A DNA stretch of 64,000 nucleotides, from contig NC_135764.1 of assembly GCF_052425735.1 (NCBI RefSeq), positions 32,922,001 through 32,986,000 on the forward strand. Reading direction: 5' to 3'. The position numbers and the translations under genes were made by a program. Below the pieces are notes generated by a model. The model was not told the DNA's origin. It worked only from the letters and a program-made list of their open reading frames with translations, and did no database searches. This document shows, in pieces, positions 61,869 through 64,000 of the stretch. Origin of the DNA: Oculina patagonica (lineage: Eukaryota). Every line of letters begins with the position of its first letter. Positions within the stretch are counted from its first letter, which is position 1.

Positions 61869-63521
61869 ATGGCGGACGAACAGGAAGAAATATGGGGAGC
61901 AAACGAGGCGGAGATGGACTTCAGAAAGATGAAGCAAACTCATGAAGTGGTAAAAGACAAGTTATACATTAGAAGAAACATCCAATACTGCTTATAAAAT
62001 TATGTTTTGCTAACATTACATTGCTCATTACCGACATTAACTGTTCAGTAATTTATTAATTCCCAAGCTAGCGCAAGCTTCAACATGAAAATTCTTGCTG
62101 ATTGACATACATTTTCTTTTTATGTTAGTTTTGAGAATTAAGTTCTCCATCAAGACAGTATCTCTAGTTGATCTATTTCTTATTTGTTGCAATGCTTCTG
62201 GGACAATTTTTGAATTGCTGTCTACGAGGTAAAGGTGCAAAGTTTAATTCTTTAATCCATGTGATCGCATGAAGCACCAACCTTTCAGACAGACCACAAT
62301 AATCACCAGCGAGAGTACCCTTATCTCTTTTCTAACAGTGATGTGCGTTCTTTAACGTTCTCTACTAAACCATGACAGAGAACATGCAGGGGATGGGACC
62401 TATGGTTTATCGTCCTTATCTGATCATGAGAAATTGAAGACTAGAAAGTTTATCCTGTTGGGACATTTTATTTTTTAGCTGATGCCACCTCCCCCCCCCC
62501 CCCCCCTAACCTCCAACCTCACAAAGCCTGTTGGAAACCAATAAAATTTTATCCCCTTGGATGCAAACTTCAAAGGTACCGACAGCAAAAATCTAGGGGA
62601 CTCGTGGTCTCGAATTTTTCTTTGACGCCTTCTCAGAGCCTCAATTTCGTTTGCAAGGCTAAAAAGGTCTCAGGCTCGCAGAAAAGATATCAGTCTTGTC
62701 GCCTTGCATTGTCTTGCATATACCATTCAACACCCCTTTTTGATGATGTCAATGTTTCTTTCAGGCTGGCTACCGCGAGGGTCTGGAATCAGGAAAAGAA
62801 ACTAATTTACAACAAGGCTTCAACCAGGGATTTATTTATGGTGCCAACATTTCAAGGGAATGGGGAAAATTGAGAGGAGTTCTGAGGTAAATTTTTTTAT
62901 CATACAGTCAAGAATGGGAACATGATTTTCCCCACCCGCTCTGTTAGATTATTACCGGTAATAATTTTTTATACTTCTTGTTTATGGTTTCACCCTAACA
63001 GTGCCCTGATGTCATTTGCAAGTGCAAAATCTATCCATGATTTAAATCCAAATGTCACTGCTGAAATCACAGAACTACTTGCACTAGTCAGTCAAATGGA
63101 GAAGCATGCTCTTGACATACAAGCTATGCAATGTGCTTTAGAAAGCAGAATGAACCAGACTCAACATTCTTTGGAACCTTTGGAAGTGAAAACTGAACCA
63201 GTCAATCATCACAAGGCGCTTACCAGCAGTGATGAACATAAACTATCTTCAGCATTTGAAATGCTTCATATACAAGATAAAACTAAGGACACTCGAGATT
63301 TAACAGTCAAATGTAAGACAACTGAGAAGAAAGTTGAAACAAGAAGTGACTTGATGGACACAGCTATGCCTGCATTAACCAGCCACTCTGGTGGTACATT
63401 GGAAGCAACTAGGACAGTACCGGTAATTACTGAGCTAGAAAACTTGTGGTCAAGGATTGTCAGTGTGGCTGATAAAATTGGTCTAAGTAGTCAAAAAATA
63501 CTTCTTGTGAAAAATATTTAA
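61869..63521 (+). CDS. YAE1: YAE1 homolog (ABCE1 Fe-S maturation adaptor). Exons: 61869-61949, 62765-62886, 63002-63521
   Basis: The spliced frame gives [27 protein letters not shown].....[11 protein letters not shown], the deca-GX3 Yae1_N pattern. The GT-AG junctions are in phase. Confidence 0.88.
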
Positions 63522-64000
63522 TAAACAGTAACAATGATTCATATTTTAAGATTTTTATTTTGTGTACTTTTTAATGTTTGATCCTTCCATTTGATGGAAA
63601 AGGTTATAATAGTACTGGTCATCTATAAAGATCACATAAAAATCCTGCCATCTCATCAAACGGCTTCTTGTCTCTTGCAAAGTGCAAATAAGAGTTGGAC
63701 TAAACTTTCCCTGCTCCTATCAATCAATCAATCAATCTAATCAGTTTATCAGAAACTGAGAATGAGGCAGCTAAATCTCAAATGCAGGAAATTTTGATGA
63801 TTTAGGTTCCAACATGTCAGCTAAGAAGTAAACTGTTCCAGCCATTCCTGCAAAAGAAAAAAAGAAATAATTGTTGTATTATTAGTATTATTATTATTAT
63901 AAAATTTTATTATACGTCAATAACTTTATTTCACATAACCATTAATAAATGCACATGTTGATAAAAAGAATAAGAATTATTGTTGTTGTTGTTGTTGTTG

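Noticed and set aside
61602-61943. N-terminal extension of the 715-aa CDK12 ORF
   Set aside because: It overlaps the bidirectional promoter and YAE1 exon 1. MPSSRNQ at 61601 is the more plausible start.

Overview
Eukaryotic, intron-rich, AT-rich animal DNA. The repeat landscape suggests an anthozoan, probably a stony coral (inference, not verified). I reconstructed 11 protein genes from ORFs and GT-AG junctions: the 3' part of ATG9 (+); an uncharacterised Cys-rich type I membrane protein with lysosomal-type sorting motifs (-); LCMT2/TYW4 (+), with a rhodopsin-family GPCR nested antisense in one intron; a small intronless TATA-driven gene; a divergent homeobox gene (-); an intronless RING-NHL (TRIM-like) ligase; TRNT1; a Ral GTPase; CDK12/13 (-); and YAE1 (+). 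Introns and spacers hold many tRNA-derived SINEs, MITEs (often nested), an RTE tail and tandem arrays. The most notable non-coding signals are: (1) a complete type I hammerhead ribozyme (20910-20956, minus) just upstream of a splice donor that could feed the nested GPCR; (2) a second, decayed hammerhead (7697-7738, minus); (3) a structured, possibly Pol III-transcribed ~290-nt RNA candidate between two convergent genes (~6667-6955); (4) an inverted twin tRNA-SINE with a 12-bp target duplication. All calls were made by eye; no searches were run.
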